Source: a virus
Lineage: Duplodnaviria > Caudoviricetes
Reading direction: 5' to 3' (one strand)
Length of the DNA stretch: 64,000 nt
Virus record (IMG/VR): IMGVR_UViG_3300034126_000020
Coordinates: 32,001 to 96,000 of that record
Shown: positions 55,917 through 64,000 of the stretch, one piece after another
Layout: every line of letters starts with the position of its first letter
How positions within the stretch are numbered: the stretch's first letter is position 1
Made by a program: the position numbers and the translations under genes
The notes under the pieces: generated by a model
The model's input: only the letters and a program-made list of their open reading frames with translations
What the model was told of the DNA's origin: nothing
Database searches by the model: none

Positions 55917-57551
55917 TTACACGGCTACCGGCATGTCTTTGGTTAAGGCCGGATGGCTATCGTAGTCAACGATCTTGAGATCGCTGATCTTGAAGCCGTC
56001 AATCGACTTGACTTCAGGATTCAGTTCAAGACGCGGGATGCAGTCCTTCGATTCCAGAGTCAACTGGTGTTCGAGGGCAGCGACGTGGTTGGTGTACACA
56101 TGAGCGTCCACAGCAGCCCACACCAGCTCCAATGGAGCCATGTCGACACATTGGGCTACCATGTGCGTCAGCGTTGCGTACTGAGCCACGTTGAACGGTT
56201 GACCGAGGCCCAGGTCGTTCGAGCGCAGCAGCAGGAAGCAGTACAGACCACGACGATGGATACCGGCTTCGTCCAGGCGGAGATGGAACTCTTCATCAGA
56301 GACTTTCGTCTGAGCCTGATAATGAGTCCAGTCTGTCCAGGTACGCAGTGCCAGATCCATCATGCCAGTCTGACGCTGTTTCTTCTCAAGGTCGTACTTG
56401 GCCAACTCGACCTGATCCTGAGCGATCATGACGCGTTGTTCCAGAGTCAGTTCGTGAGAGATGAACTGGAAGTACAGGTGGCATGGCGGCAAGGCTGCCT
56501 TCCACGTCAGTGCTGGGTTCCAAGCAGACACGATGATGCGACGGCTGTTTGGATCATGCTTCAGGATCTGGATCGCATTGACCAGTTGGTCGATTTCACG
56601 ATGGACCACAAAGCGAGGCAGGTCAGCGATGACAGTGAAGATCTTGCGCAGACCGTCTTCGTCATGGTAGCGAGCCCACAACGTACCGCCGTTGTTATAG
56701 ACGTCGTAGCCTTTATCGCCCACTTCGTCGAACTGCACCTTCACGACATCGGTGCGGACATAGCCTTTCGCAGCGGCCACACGATCCAGTTCAGTCAGCA
56801 GGGCTTCTTCGGTATCAGGCAGTCCTACCGGAGCGACCTCACCGCGGACGGTATAGCCTTGCTTGTGGTATTCGTGCAACCCAGTCTGAGAGACGATCTG
56901 CGTGTCTTGCCAATGACGCCACTGTGGACCGTAACCGCCCGGACCAATGTCACCGTCGATCAGTACACGCAGAGCAATGCCCATCTCGATAGCGATGTAG
57001 TTGATAACCGCTTCAACACTGGCAAAATCTTCCGTGCTGCCGTAAACGGCCACGGTCTTCTGCCCGCTTTCCTTCGTCGTGAGTTTGACGATGCACTTGC
57101 CGTAGGTGTTGATGCCATGGCCTTCCTGAATCTTGGCGAAGTTGTCAGGCGTGGTGAGGTTCACCGTACCGTCGTCACCGCCGATCTTCCGAGTGACCAG
57201 ATGAACGAGTTCATCAAGAGTGCGGTCTTGGTATCTGGCAGTCCCAGGGATCAGCCAGCTGTTCCAGATACCGATCTTCTGGTCACGCAGTTCCTTGATG
57301 CTGGAACTGCCACCGCAGAACCAGAGCATCTCGCGCTCAGCAGTGTCCTGCATGCCCTTGGTAGTCAGGCGAGGCGAACGCTTGTTCAGCAGGCTGTAAC
57401 GTGCCATGCGACCCACTACCGCATGGGTGCCAGTGCCAGTACGGTCGCCCTTGAAGTTGCCGTTGTGCAGCACGTCTTCGACGAGGTTGTGGTACGCGTC
57501 ATCAGTTGGGGTCAGACGAGTGTTAAGGACGAACGGGGTTAACTTGTTCAC
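55917..57551 (-). CDS. thyA: Thymidylate synthase with three large insertions
   Basis: DRTGTGT, LTTK, EMLWF, YGPQWR, IDQL, PNSRRIIVSAWNP, ALPPCH, RSNDLGLGQPFN, DAHVY; 544 aa. Confidence 0.93.
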   Translation of the reverse strand: MNKLTPFVLNTRLTPTDDAYHNLVEDVLHNGNFKGDRTGTGTHAVVGRMARYSLLNKRSPRLTTKGMQDTAEREMLWFCGGSSSIKELRDQKIGIWNSWLIPGTARYQDRTLDELVHLVTRKIGGDDGTVNLTTPDNFAKIQEGHGINTYGKCIVKLTTKESGQKTVAVYGSTEDFASVEAVINYIAIEMGIALRVLIDGDIGPGGYGPQWRHWQDTQIVSQTGLHEYHKQGYTVRGEVAPVGLPDTEEALLTELDRVAAAKGYVRTDVVKVQFDEVGDKGYDVYNNGGTLWARYHDEDGLRKIFTVIADLPRFVVHREIDQLVNAIQILKHDPNSRRIIVSAWNPALTWKAALPPCHLYFQFISHELTLEQRVMIAQDQVELAKYDLEKKQRQTGMMDLALRTWTDWTHYQAQTKVSDEEFHLRLDEAGIHRRGLYCFLLLRSNDLGLGQPFNVAQYATLTHMVAQCVDMAPLELVWAAVDAHVYTNHVAALEHQLTLESKDCIPRLELNPEVKSIDGFKISDLKIVDYDSHPALTKDMPVAV

Positions 57552-57723
57552 TGACAGTTTTCCTTAGGACGGAGACAATGGTGAGCTGGTGGCGCTTTAT
57601 CTTTGCCGCGATGAACTTACGGTGCTTGACCTTACGTTTCATCGACCAGTTGTTGTTGACCTTGGGGTATGTCTGATTCAAGACTTCCCGCAGGTTGATG
57701 GTTTGGGTTTCGACACGTTCCAT
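57523..57723 (-). CDS. Small basic hypothetical protein
   Basis: 66 aa, TAATG coupling. Confidence 0.5.
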   Translation of the reverse strand: MERVETQTINLREVLNQTYPKVNNNWSMKRKVKHRKFIAAKIKRHQLTIVSVLRKTVSEQVNPVRP

Positions 57724-58196
57724 TAGGGACGCCCTGTCAGGAAATGTAGCAGTGCGTCGGTGGCTTTAGTATCACGAGTGATCTTCTCAGCCGTGGCATT
57801 GATCTGTTCTTGAGTCGGTGCTTCTGGATGCACCTCGATCTCCAGCAGGACATACTTGCCCACCCAGAATTCCAGCTCGGCAATCAGGTCGTGACCACCG
57901 ACTTTGGCTTTCTCAGTGGTGTAGAGATACCCAGTGACTTCAGACCAATGGTGCGTACACACTGCCGACACGTTGCCCAGACCCATGACTTGTTCCAAGG
58001 TCAGTTCAATGCACTGCTCCACGGACGTCAGTTCACGATCATTGACCCAGTAGCGCATGGTGACCAGCTTCTCGCTGAACTCATTCATGTACTCTGCCAG
58101 TTCAATGTCATGGACGTGCAGACAGCAATGCTCGCCGTATTGATCCCGGATCTTACCGCCCAAGAGATGGACGTTCCCGGTTACAGTCTGGATCAC
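57723..58196 (-). CDS. Hypothetical protein
   Basis: 157 aa with AAGGAGG RBS and GTG start. Confidence 0.7.
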   Translation of the reverse strand: MIQTVTGNVHLLGGKIRDQYGEHCCLHVHDIELAEYMNEFSEKLVTMRYWVNDRELTSVEQCIELTLEQVMGLGNVSAVCTHHWSEVTGYLYTTEKAKVGGHDLIAELEFWVGKYVLLEIEVHPEAPTQEQINATAEKITRDTKATDALLHFLTGRP

Positions 58197-58306
58197 TTGA
58201 CCTCCTTATGGACCGCACAGCGGTTGTAGAGCGTCTCGTAAGGGAACAGGCCATCAACGATAACGGCCGGTCTGCTACAGAAACGACAGAGGGCGATTGG
58301 TTTCAT
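58193..58306 (-). CDS. 37-aa zinc-finger-like peptide (not in the ORF track)
   Basis: Manual translation MKPIALCRFCSRPAVIVDGLFPYETLYNRCAVHKEVK (CxxC...CxxH); coupled at both ends. Confidence 0.55.
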   Translation of the reverse strand: MKPIALCRFCSRPAVIVDGLFPYETLYNRCAVHKEVK

Positions 58307-58527
58307 CAGACCCTCGGGATACGGATGATGAGTTCCACGTACTCTTCATGGTTAGGGTCAACGAAGGCCACGTTGTCACCGGACTCAGTGAAGCGATGGA
58401 CCGCATCAGCGAGGTCGTTGGGCAGTCCTTCGGAAGCATGAAACCCAGTGCCGTCAAAGATGGCTTCTTCGATGGCTTCGTAATCTTCCAGCGGCAATGC
58501 ACCCACCGGTGCTTCTTCGATACTCAT
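58306..58527 (-). CDS. Small acidic protein
   Basis: 73 aa, strongly acidic; AAGGAG RBS. Confidence 0.65.
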   Translation of the reverse strand: MSIEEAPVGALPLEDYEAIEEAIFDGTGFHASEGLPNDLADAVHRFTESGDNVAFVDPNHEEYVELIIRIPRV

Positions 58528-58847
58528 GCTAACTCCTTAGGAATGTCCATGATCATCCCGAGTGTGTACTCGTGGACATCTACGTCGTAACGCATGTAGT
58601 CCTGAGTCGAGATGGCCAGTTTGTAATCTTTACGGAACTCTTCCAGCAACGCAGGACGTTCCTCGAGAGGCTTCTCCTGAATCTCACGCAGCTTAGCCCG
58701 GACCGCGTAGCAGAACTTGAACAGCTCGGCTTTGGCTTCCGGGTCTTCCTTGGCGTAGAGAGGTTCTTCCCTCAAGTGCCGGACCTGCTTCTTGATAAGC
58801 TTGGACGACTTCCAGTTCTTCAAGGCGAAATCGGTGTCGGTCTCCAT
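58524..58847 (-). CDS. Hypothetical protein
   Basis: 107 aa with GGAGG RBS. Confidence 0.65.
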   Translation of the reverse strand: METDTDFALKNWKSSKLIKKQVRHLREEPLYAKEDPEAKAELFKFCYAVRAKLREIQEKPLEERPALLEEFRKDYKLAISTQDYMRYDVDVHEYTLGMIMDIPKELA

Positions 58848-58850
58848 TAC

Positions 58851-58979
58851 TTACCTCCCAGAGAAGAGCGCAAGGCCAATGGCCAGTACGATCAAGAAAG
58901 CAATACCCTTCAGCACGTTGATTTGACGTTCCCGCATCTTGCGAGCCTCTTTCATTTTCTTCCGATGTTTAGTCGACAT
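58851..58979 (-). CDS. 42-aa membrane peptide (not in the ORF track)
   Basis: Manual translation MSTKHRKKMKEARKMRERQINVLKGIAFLIVLAIGLALFSGR. Confidence 0.55.
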   Translation of the reverse strand: MSTKHRKKMKEARKMRERQINVLKGIAFLIVLAIGLALFSGR

Positions 58980-59379
58980 GCATGTTGTACCAGAACGGTT
59001 TCATTGATGTGATTGCGATGGGTCTGAATAACGCATCGTCGGTGGTGATCCGTGCAATGCAGAAACCCTCACCCCTGACACCCCCTTCCCGATTCATCGC
59101 TGACTGAAGGAAGTAGATGGCATAGTTGCCCACCTGATATCCCGGATGATTTACAAAGTCCCGACGTTGGATGCAAACCAGCATTGGAGCGAAGATCAGG
59201 TGCAGAGCGCCAGTGGCGAACAAGGCATGTACATCTTTGGGCCACGTACCGTCGTAAGTCGGATCAAAGTCCTTGTACGTGTGTATCCGGAATTTAAGCT
59301 GCTCGGCACTCAGGTAGCTCTGTGTGTCGTTTCTTGCCTGTTCCTTGAATGCAGCCAGCGCCGTTTCAAACACACTCAT
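58969..59379 (-). CDS. Hypothetical protein
   Basis: 136 aa, coupled. Confidence 0.65.
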   Translation of the reverse strand: MSVFETALAAFKEQARNDTQSYLSAEQLKFRIHTYKDFDPTYDGTWPKDVHALFATGALHLIFAPMLVCIQRRDFVNHPGYQVGNYAIYFLQSAMNREGGVRGEGFCIARITTDDALFRPIAITSMKPFWYNMHVD

Positions 59380-59663
59380 GGACGACCCTCATGCAGGAGC
59401 AGTACTCGTGCCATGTCCATCAGCTCACACGTGTCAGTGGTCATGAACTCTCGAGCGAACTTGATAGCCCCTTCGGTATCACCCAGGTACTGATCGGTAC
59501 CAGGACCAATCAGGAACAGGTCGTACGGATGGCCTTTCAATACAACGGTGTGGCGTTGCAGCGGGAAGACGCCCGGACGCGTCAACATCGCGATCTTCTC
59601 GGGATCGTCAGTGATCCAGACTTGGGTCGGACCTTCCTGCTTACTGATAAATGTGCGTTCCAT
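59376..59663 (-). CDS. Hypothetical protein
   Basis: 95 aa with GAGGA RBS. Confidence 0.65.
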   Translation of the reverse strand: MERTFISKQEGPTQVWITDDPEKIAMLTRPGVFPLQRHTVVLKGHPYDLFLIGPGTDQYLGDTEGAIKFAREFMTTDTCELMDMARVLLLHEGRP

Positions 59664-59771
59664 GATGGCATCCTCGTGGTTACCTATTTGATAGGTCGGG
59701 TTTGTTCAAAAACACATGTCACACGACATAAAGGCGGGGTTGACCCCCGCCCGTATGTTGGGTTGCCCAGC

Positions 59772-60431
59772 TCAGGCAGCACGCGTGCTGACATTGCGGG
59801 TACCGTGAAACGACTCGCCCAGTTTGAAGTTCGTGTAGAACGCCACGCCGTTGTACGAGTTCTCAACTGAGTCCACACAGTGGATCGGTCGAGTGAAACG
59901 GGCAAACTCGAACGCCGTCAGGTCAAACCGCTGTTGAGCAGTCAGGTCCTTGTAGGCGATCGGTGTCAATACCGATGGCATGCTGCGCAATGCAAGGTCG
60001 ATAGCGTCGTCAGCTTCCTCACCTAAGCTGAGAGTGTCGAGCCAATACATTTCACGGCAGGAGATCTGACTCACCGCACGATGACGGTTGAGAGCCGATG
60101 AGATCTCATGGGCACTGAGGATGGAGATGAACATCAGCTCACCACCCTTGCCGTATTTGACGCCTTCGGCACGCACGTCATCTACTTCGCCCATTGCTTT
60201 GAAAAGGGGATTCCATGTACCGGAGGTCCGGATGCGGAACGGTCGGGCATTGCGCTCTTTAAAGAGCGTCTGGACCGTGGTTGGCACTTTCCGCACATTG
60301 TCGCCGATGACGAAGAACTCCTTCACATCCGGCAGACGCTTAATCATAGCCGCAGCTTCCTCGTAGGAAGTAACGAAAACGATGGCGTGTCCGAGAAGGG
60401 TCGACGGGTTGGCGTTATCTGGAGTTTTCAT
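59772..60431 (-). CDS. Hypothetical protein
   Basis: 219 aa. Confidence 0.7.
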   Translation of the reverse strand: MKTPDNANPSTLLGHAIVFVTSYEEAAAMIKRLPDVKEFFVIGDNVRKVPTTVQTLFKERNARPFRIRTSGTWNPLFKAMGEVDDVRAEGVKYGKGGELMFISILSAHEISSALNRHRAVSQISCREMYWLDTLSLGEEADDAIDLALRSMPSVLTPIAYKDLTAQQRFDLTAFEFARFTRPIHCVDSVENSYNGVAFYTNFKLGESFHGTRNVSTRAA

Positions 60432-60475
60432 GGCTATCCCTTTACTTCTAGGTGGTTATATTGGTGCTGGATGAC

Positions 60476-60781
60476 TTATTCGTCACCCAAAGAGACTGGG
60501 TCTAAAGAGCAGGACATGTGGATGTTGTGCATGAACTTGATGGCTGCTGGAGCCCCCCAAGCACTCGCGCCGACGTCACGGATTTCGAGGCGGATGAGCA
60601 GCTGTGTGAGCCGTACATTCACTTCCTCGGTAACGACAGGGATATAGCGCAACTGCACCGACTTCATGATCCGCCATAGCGGTTTCAGTTCGCTCAGTGC
60701 CACATAGGACTTGACCTTCTCAAGCTCGTTGGTGAATTGCTCCAGCTTGGAAAAGGTGTCGTACCAGACTTGTTCGATCAT
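60476..60781 (-). CDS. Hypothetical protein
   Basis: 101 aa with GAGGA RBS. Confidence 0.65.
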   Translation of the reverse strand: MIEQVWYDTFSKLEQFTNELEKVKSYVALSELKPLWRIMKSVQLRYIPVVTEEVNVRLTQLLIRLEIRDVGASAWGAPAAIKFMHNIHMSCSLDPVSLGDE

Positions 60782-60788
60782 TGTGTCC

Positions 60789-61277
60789 TCATGACCTTCT
60801 TTTAGCTACGAGTTGCAGTTCGTCCTGCCCGGGTTGGGCATGCATTTCGGCATCGGCAGCCTTTTGGGCCATCTCCGCCAACTCGTGCTCGTTGCGAAAG
60901 CGTGACGCTGGTGGGTAAATCACCGGCGGTATGCTAATAATGTTCATGTGACCATCTTCAGTAAGCACCCCACCGCTGTTGGCAGCAATTACAGCCTTGA
61001 CAGCGTTGTACGGGATACTCATGACGTGGGCCAGGTTATCAAACTTGACAGCGATGTTCAGTTCAGTTTCATCGAAGTCCAGTTGTGTCGTGAAGCCAGG
61101 AGCAACGCAGATAATGAAATCATCGCTTTCCTGTTTCAGTGACGCAAGGACCCCGTCCTTCAGAACAGAGTTGTCCACGATCAGGCACGCCTGAACCGTA
61201 CGCTCATTGAAGTAGTCAATGGACGCTCGGATCAGGTGCTTTGCCCAAAGGGACACGGGGGTGCGATCCATAGACAA
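60789..61277 (-). CDS. sspB: SspB-like ClpXP protease adaptor
   Basis: HLIRASIDYF..ACLIVD..IICVAP....LDFDETELNIAVKF....MSIPYNAVKAV.AANSG parallels the SspB core as I recall it; C-terminal LQLVAK resembles the LRVVK ClpX-binding tail. Confidence 0.7.
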   Translation of the reverse strand: MSMDRTPVSLWAKHLIRASIDYFNERTVQACLIVDNSVLKDGVLASLKQESDDFIICVAPGFTTQLDFDETELNIAVKFDNLAHVMSIPYNAVKAVIAANSGGVLTEDGHMNIISIPPVIYPPASRFRNEHELAEMAQKAADAEMHAQPGQDELQLVAKRRS

Positions 61278-61327
61278 ATCCTAAGGTTGCTTGATTCGGA
61301 GTATTGCCATAAGATCACACCCACTCG

Positions 61328-62065
61328 TTACTCTGCACCCTCCACAGCCAGAAACAGGTCAGTGCCTCTGGAACTGGTTGGCTCTGGGACGAAGTAGATG
61401 TCACGATGCTGAGGACAAGTGCCCAAGAACGACAGCGCTGCCAGCTCGATCAGGTCGTGATACCCCTTCTTCGGATAGAAGGTGAAGTTCTGATGGTCGT
61501 GGACGGAACCATAGTGCGAGTTGTTGATGAAGATCTGGTGGTGCCCTTGAGCGAAGTCCAAGGACAGCTCAGCCATCTCGACGAAGTCATCAGAGTACTG
61601 ACTGTTGAACAGCATCGAGAAGATTACCGCAGCCAATGGGCCGAGTAATTTAGGAGTGGCTACAAACTGACACAGGTCGATGTTCTCGAACACCAGACAT
61701 TTCTTCTCCGCTGAACCCCACTGCATGAATCGGTCCCCACCGACTCTGGCCGCCGTCACACCACGCACTTCGACATCGGACTTGATCAAGGCCAACTCGT
61801 CGTCGAAGGACATGATGACGGTGAAGGAGACACCTGGACAACCTTTCAACTCGAACCACTCACGGACCTCGAGCAGTTCATCCTTCATCTGTACGCCGTG
61901 CACGTCCACCTCGTGCTTCACGAGGGTCTTGGCGGTCGCCAGCGTAGCGAAGTGGTCACGGACTGTAGGCGCTTGCTCCACAAGGATCTCAAGCTCCGTA
62001 GCCAAATCAATGACCAGCGCATCCAGCAGGGCCGCAAAGCCCAAAGTGTTAGAACGGTTATACAT
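61328..62065 (-). CDS. Hypothetical protein
   Basis: GGAGG RBS before MYNRSNTL at 62065. Confidence 0.65.
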   Translation of the reverse strand: MYNRSNTLGFAALLDALVIDLATELEILVEQAPTVRDHFATLATAKTLVKHEVDVHGVQMKDELLEVREWFELKGCPGVSFTVIMSFDDELALIKSDVEVRGVTAARVGGDRFMQWGSAEKKCLVFENIDLCQFVATPKLLGPLAAVIFSMLFNSQYSDDFVEMAELSLDFAQGHHQIFINNSHYGSVHDHQNFTFYPKKGYHDLIELAALSFLGTCPQHRDIYFVPEPTSSRGTDLFLAVEGAE

Positions 62066-62471
62066 CGGAACCTCCACGGCGTCCTTCATTGGTTTCGATG
62101 GTGGTGATAGCCCACTCACCTTTCATGTACACGTATTCGTGAGAACCGTGCTCGAAACTCTGTAAATGTCCAACCACATCGCCCGTCGCAAAGTTAGCCT
62201 TGACCGAGAACACGTGAGTGTAGTCCTCGGTGTGGATTGTCCGGCGAGCAATGCCATTTATGATTGTCAGTGCAGGACGTAAGGTGAAGTCCTCGCCCTC
62301 AATACGGACGAGCTCAACGATATGCCTATATGAAGTAACCTTCCTGTTACGAGCCACTGCCAGTTTCTCGTGAGGCTTCCACTGAGACTCCACAGGGGCA
62401 GTAGAGACGAAGTAGTCGCCCTTCGTGGCATGTAGGCTGGCAATGGCCAAGGCCAATGGCTTAGCTCGCAT
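62058..62471 (-). CDS. Hypothetical protein
   Basis: GGAGGA RBS before MRAKPLAL. Confidence 0.6.
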   Translation of the reverse strand: MRAKPLALAIASLHATKGDYFVSTAPVESQWKPHEKLAVARNRKVTSYRHIVELVRIEGEDFTLRPALTIINGIARRTIHTEDYTHVFSVKANFATGDVVGHLQSFEHGSHEYVYMKGEWAITTIETNEGRRGGSDV

Positions 62472-62880
62472 ACGGTTCCTCCGGGATGGTAGCCAAGACA
62501 TCGAAGTACCGCGCCAAGGCATCTTCAGTCAGTGTGTTCTCATCGCCCCACTTGCGACTGGTTTGGTCACGCAACGGCAGGATTTTCTTACCGTCCACGA
62601 GTACGAACACATCTTCAGCCAAGAAGGTCGTCCGGGAAGGCAGCTTGGCAATGGTCTCCCCGGTCGTCTCGGCCTGAAGGTAGATCAGGCGAGCCTTGTT
62701 CTGGAAGTCATCAGGCTTGGCATAGAACTCATCCCAACCAATCGGCTCCTCTTGGGAGATACGGTCGCCCAGCACGACCTGAAGGGCCTTGACATGACGA
62801 AGGGAAGGTACGCAGACGATGATGCGGCCAACAGTAGGTGGCAGAGGGATGAACTCAGACTTACGCATATTGTCGAACAT
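62461..62880 (-). CDS. Hypothetical protein
   Basis: 139 aa. Confidence 0.65.
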   Translation of the reverse strand: MFDNMRKSEFIPLPPTVGRIIVCVPSLRHVKALQVVLGDRISQEEPIGWDEFYAKPDDFQNKARLIYLQAETTGETIAKLPSRTTFLAEDVFVLVDGKKILPLRDQTSRKWGDENTLTEDALARYFDVLATIPEEPYAS

Positions 62881-62983
62881 GGTTTAGCTTCCGGAATAAG
62901 GGGCCAGGAATGTGTTCCTAGCCCGGGTGTTTGTCATAGAGGATGAAACAGTAGTTCTTTAAAACGAAGACAAAAGAAATAGA

Positions 62984-63015
62984 AGGCCTAGTGCGGGGAC
63001 ACCGCACTAGGCCTA
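62984..63015 (-). terminator. Intrinsic terminator
   Basis: AGGCCTAGTGCGG..CCGCACTAGGCCT hairpin with a T-tract on the minus strand. Confidence 0.7.
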
Positions 63016-63019
63016 GGGG

Positions 63020-63382
63020 TTATGCAGTCAACAGCCAGTTGTAACCAGTCCAGACGTAGACGAACAACGCAGGGTACAGGAGGCCACAATCAAGGATGTG
63101 GGTCCAGTACGACTTGTACTCATAGCGCAGTTCTTTGCCTGTGCTGCTGAGGAAGTCTTCGATGTTGTGCACCAGCCACCAGTGATGGTAGAGGTTGACA
63201 AAGAACCGACCTGCGTTGACGAAGGGAATCCGGCCTACTTTGTAATCCACCTGATGAGGGCCCAGCGGAATGCTTCCACTGACTCTCGGGTAAATCGAGC
63301 CGTGCACAATGTACGCGACCAATAGAACGATGAAACCAGACATTGAAGACAGGTGGATAGAGAAGGCCAATTGGGCTCCCAT
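63020..63382 (-). CDS. Multi-pass membrane protein
   Basis: 2-3 hydrophobic segments; aromatic-rich. Confidence 0.65.
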   Translation of the reverse strand: MGAQLAFSIHLSSMSGFIVLLVAYIVHGSIYPRVSGSIPLGPHQVDYKVGRIPFVNAGRFFVNLYHHWWLVHNIEDFLSSTGKELRYEYKSYWTHILDCGLLYPALFVYVWTGYNWLLTA

Positions 63383-63397
63383 GATGCAGCTTACTCC

Positions 63398-63994
63398 TTA
63401 AACGGTTAGGTCAGACTTTGGCGCTTTGTATTCGATCGCCGCGAGTGAGAGGGCATTGACTTCAATGTCCTTATTGAGGACCTGGGCCTTGGTCAGTCGA
63501 CCCAGCACAGTTCCGAGTTGAGCAACGAGTTCATCGACGGTGTGGTTGTCATCGCCTTGTACTTCCATCGCCCATATGAATTCCCCATTAACGACAGATG
63601 GGAACATGAAGCGCTCCATGTCCAACGAAATGTCGATATGAGGAGCATCCAACGTACGAACGACCTTACCGACCACAGTACGGGGCAGAGACATGTACGG
63701 ATCGGTCTCAGAGGCTGCTACGAAGTCCTCTGGGCCGATTTGGAAGCTCACATACAGCGTAGGTGCACCCAAGCTGTTGAACGCGTAGTAGACGTGCTCA
63801 TCCTCGACCATGGTGTACGGCAGGATGTGCACAGCCACCGGGCGATAGCCTTCGGGACACACTTCATCGATGTCCAGATGCTGCTGAATGAATGCATCCA
63901 GTTGGTACAGGCCTTTAGGCGTCTGACGAAATGCCAGACGACCCATCTGCTTGGCTACCTTGGGGGTGTCGCGGACAAAGAGGCGGTTTGCCAT
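63398..63994 (-). CDS. Hypothetical protein
   Basis: 198-aa ORF at the right edge. Confidence 0.65.
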   Translation of the reverse strand: MANRLFVRDTPKVAKQMGRLAFRQTPKGLYQLDAFIQQHLDIDEVCPEGYRPVAVHILPYTMVEDEHVYYAFNSLGAPTLYVSFQIGPEDFVAASETDPYMSLPRTVVGKVVRTLDAPHIDISLDMERFMFPSVVNGEFIWAMEVQGDDNHTVDELVAQLGTVLGRLTKAQVLNKDIEVNALSLAAIEYKAPKSDLTV

Positions 63995-64000
63995 GAGACT

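Noticed and set aside
55917-57551. Inteins or introns in thyA
   Set aside because: The frame is continuous, with no Cys/Ser...His-Asn splice junctions or LAGLIDADG motifs in the inserts.
4101-63257. Long opposite-strand ORFs (e.g. 12228-14153, 15250-16227, 55953-57542, 8462-9352, 28993-29880)
   Set aside because: They are antisense shadows of real genes caused by codon bias, with no RBS or recognisable motifs.
1-64000. tRNA genes, CRISPR arrays, integrase/transposase, reverse transcriptase (DGR/retron)
   Set aside because: No cloverleaf with TTC-loop/CCA, no regularly spaced repeats, and no recombinase or YxDD RT motifs seen by eye; tRNAscan-SE would be needed to fully exclude tRNAs.

Overview
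This 64-kb window looks like part of a lytic jumbo phage genome. It is most likely a phiKZ-related (Chimalliviridae-like) phage of Pseudomonas. That assignment is inferred from a near-identical AmrZ N-terminus, a large paralogous tail-protein array, dense operons of small orphan genes, and AT-rich TACAT-N-A and TATG promoter-like motifs; no chimallin or RNA polymerase gene lies in the window. Most genes are on the minus strand. 1-25.3 kb holds a spanin pair, two RHH/Arc regulators, an ART-like protein, an HslV-like peptidase, an AAA+ ATPase, two NUDIX hydrolases, DHFR and an NAD-dependent ligase. 25.7-37.4 kb is a plus-strand array of paralogous virion/tail proteins, followed by minus-strand fibre genes at 37.4-42 kb. 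42-64 kb is a dense block of probable early/host-takeover genes, including an AlpA-like HTH fusion, two Tat-signal proteins, an HD phosphohydrolase, a 2OG-Fe(II) oxygenase, lipoproteins, a ThyA with large inserts and an SspB-like adaptor. The most unusual observation is two heavily base-paired regions without credible genes, about 870 nt at 5.63-6.50 kb and about 110-140 nt at 25.37-25.51 kb. Each begins at the same TTGTATGTA motif and ends in a terminator, suggesting phage-encoded structured ncRNAs. No tRNA, rRNA, CRISPR array, integrase or transposase was recognised. All family assignments come from reading motifs by eye; no database searches were run.
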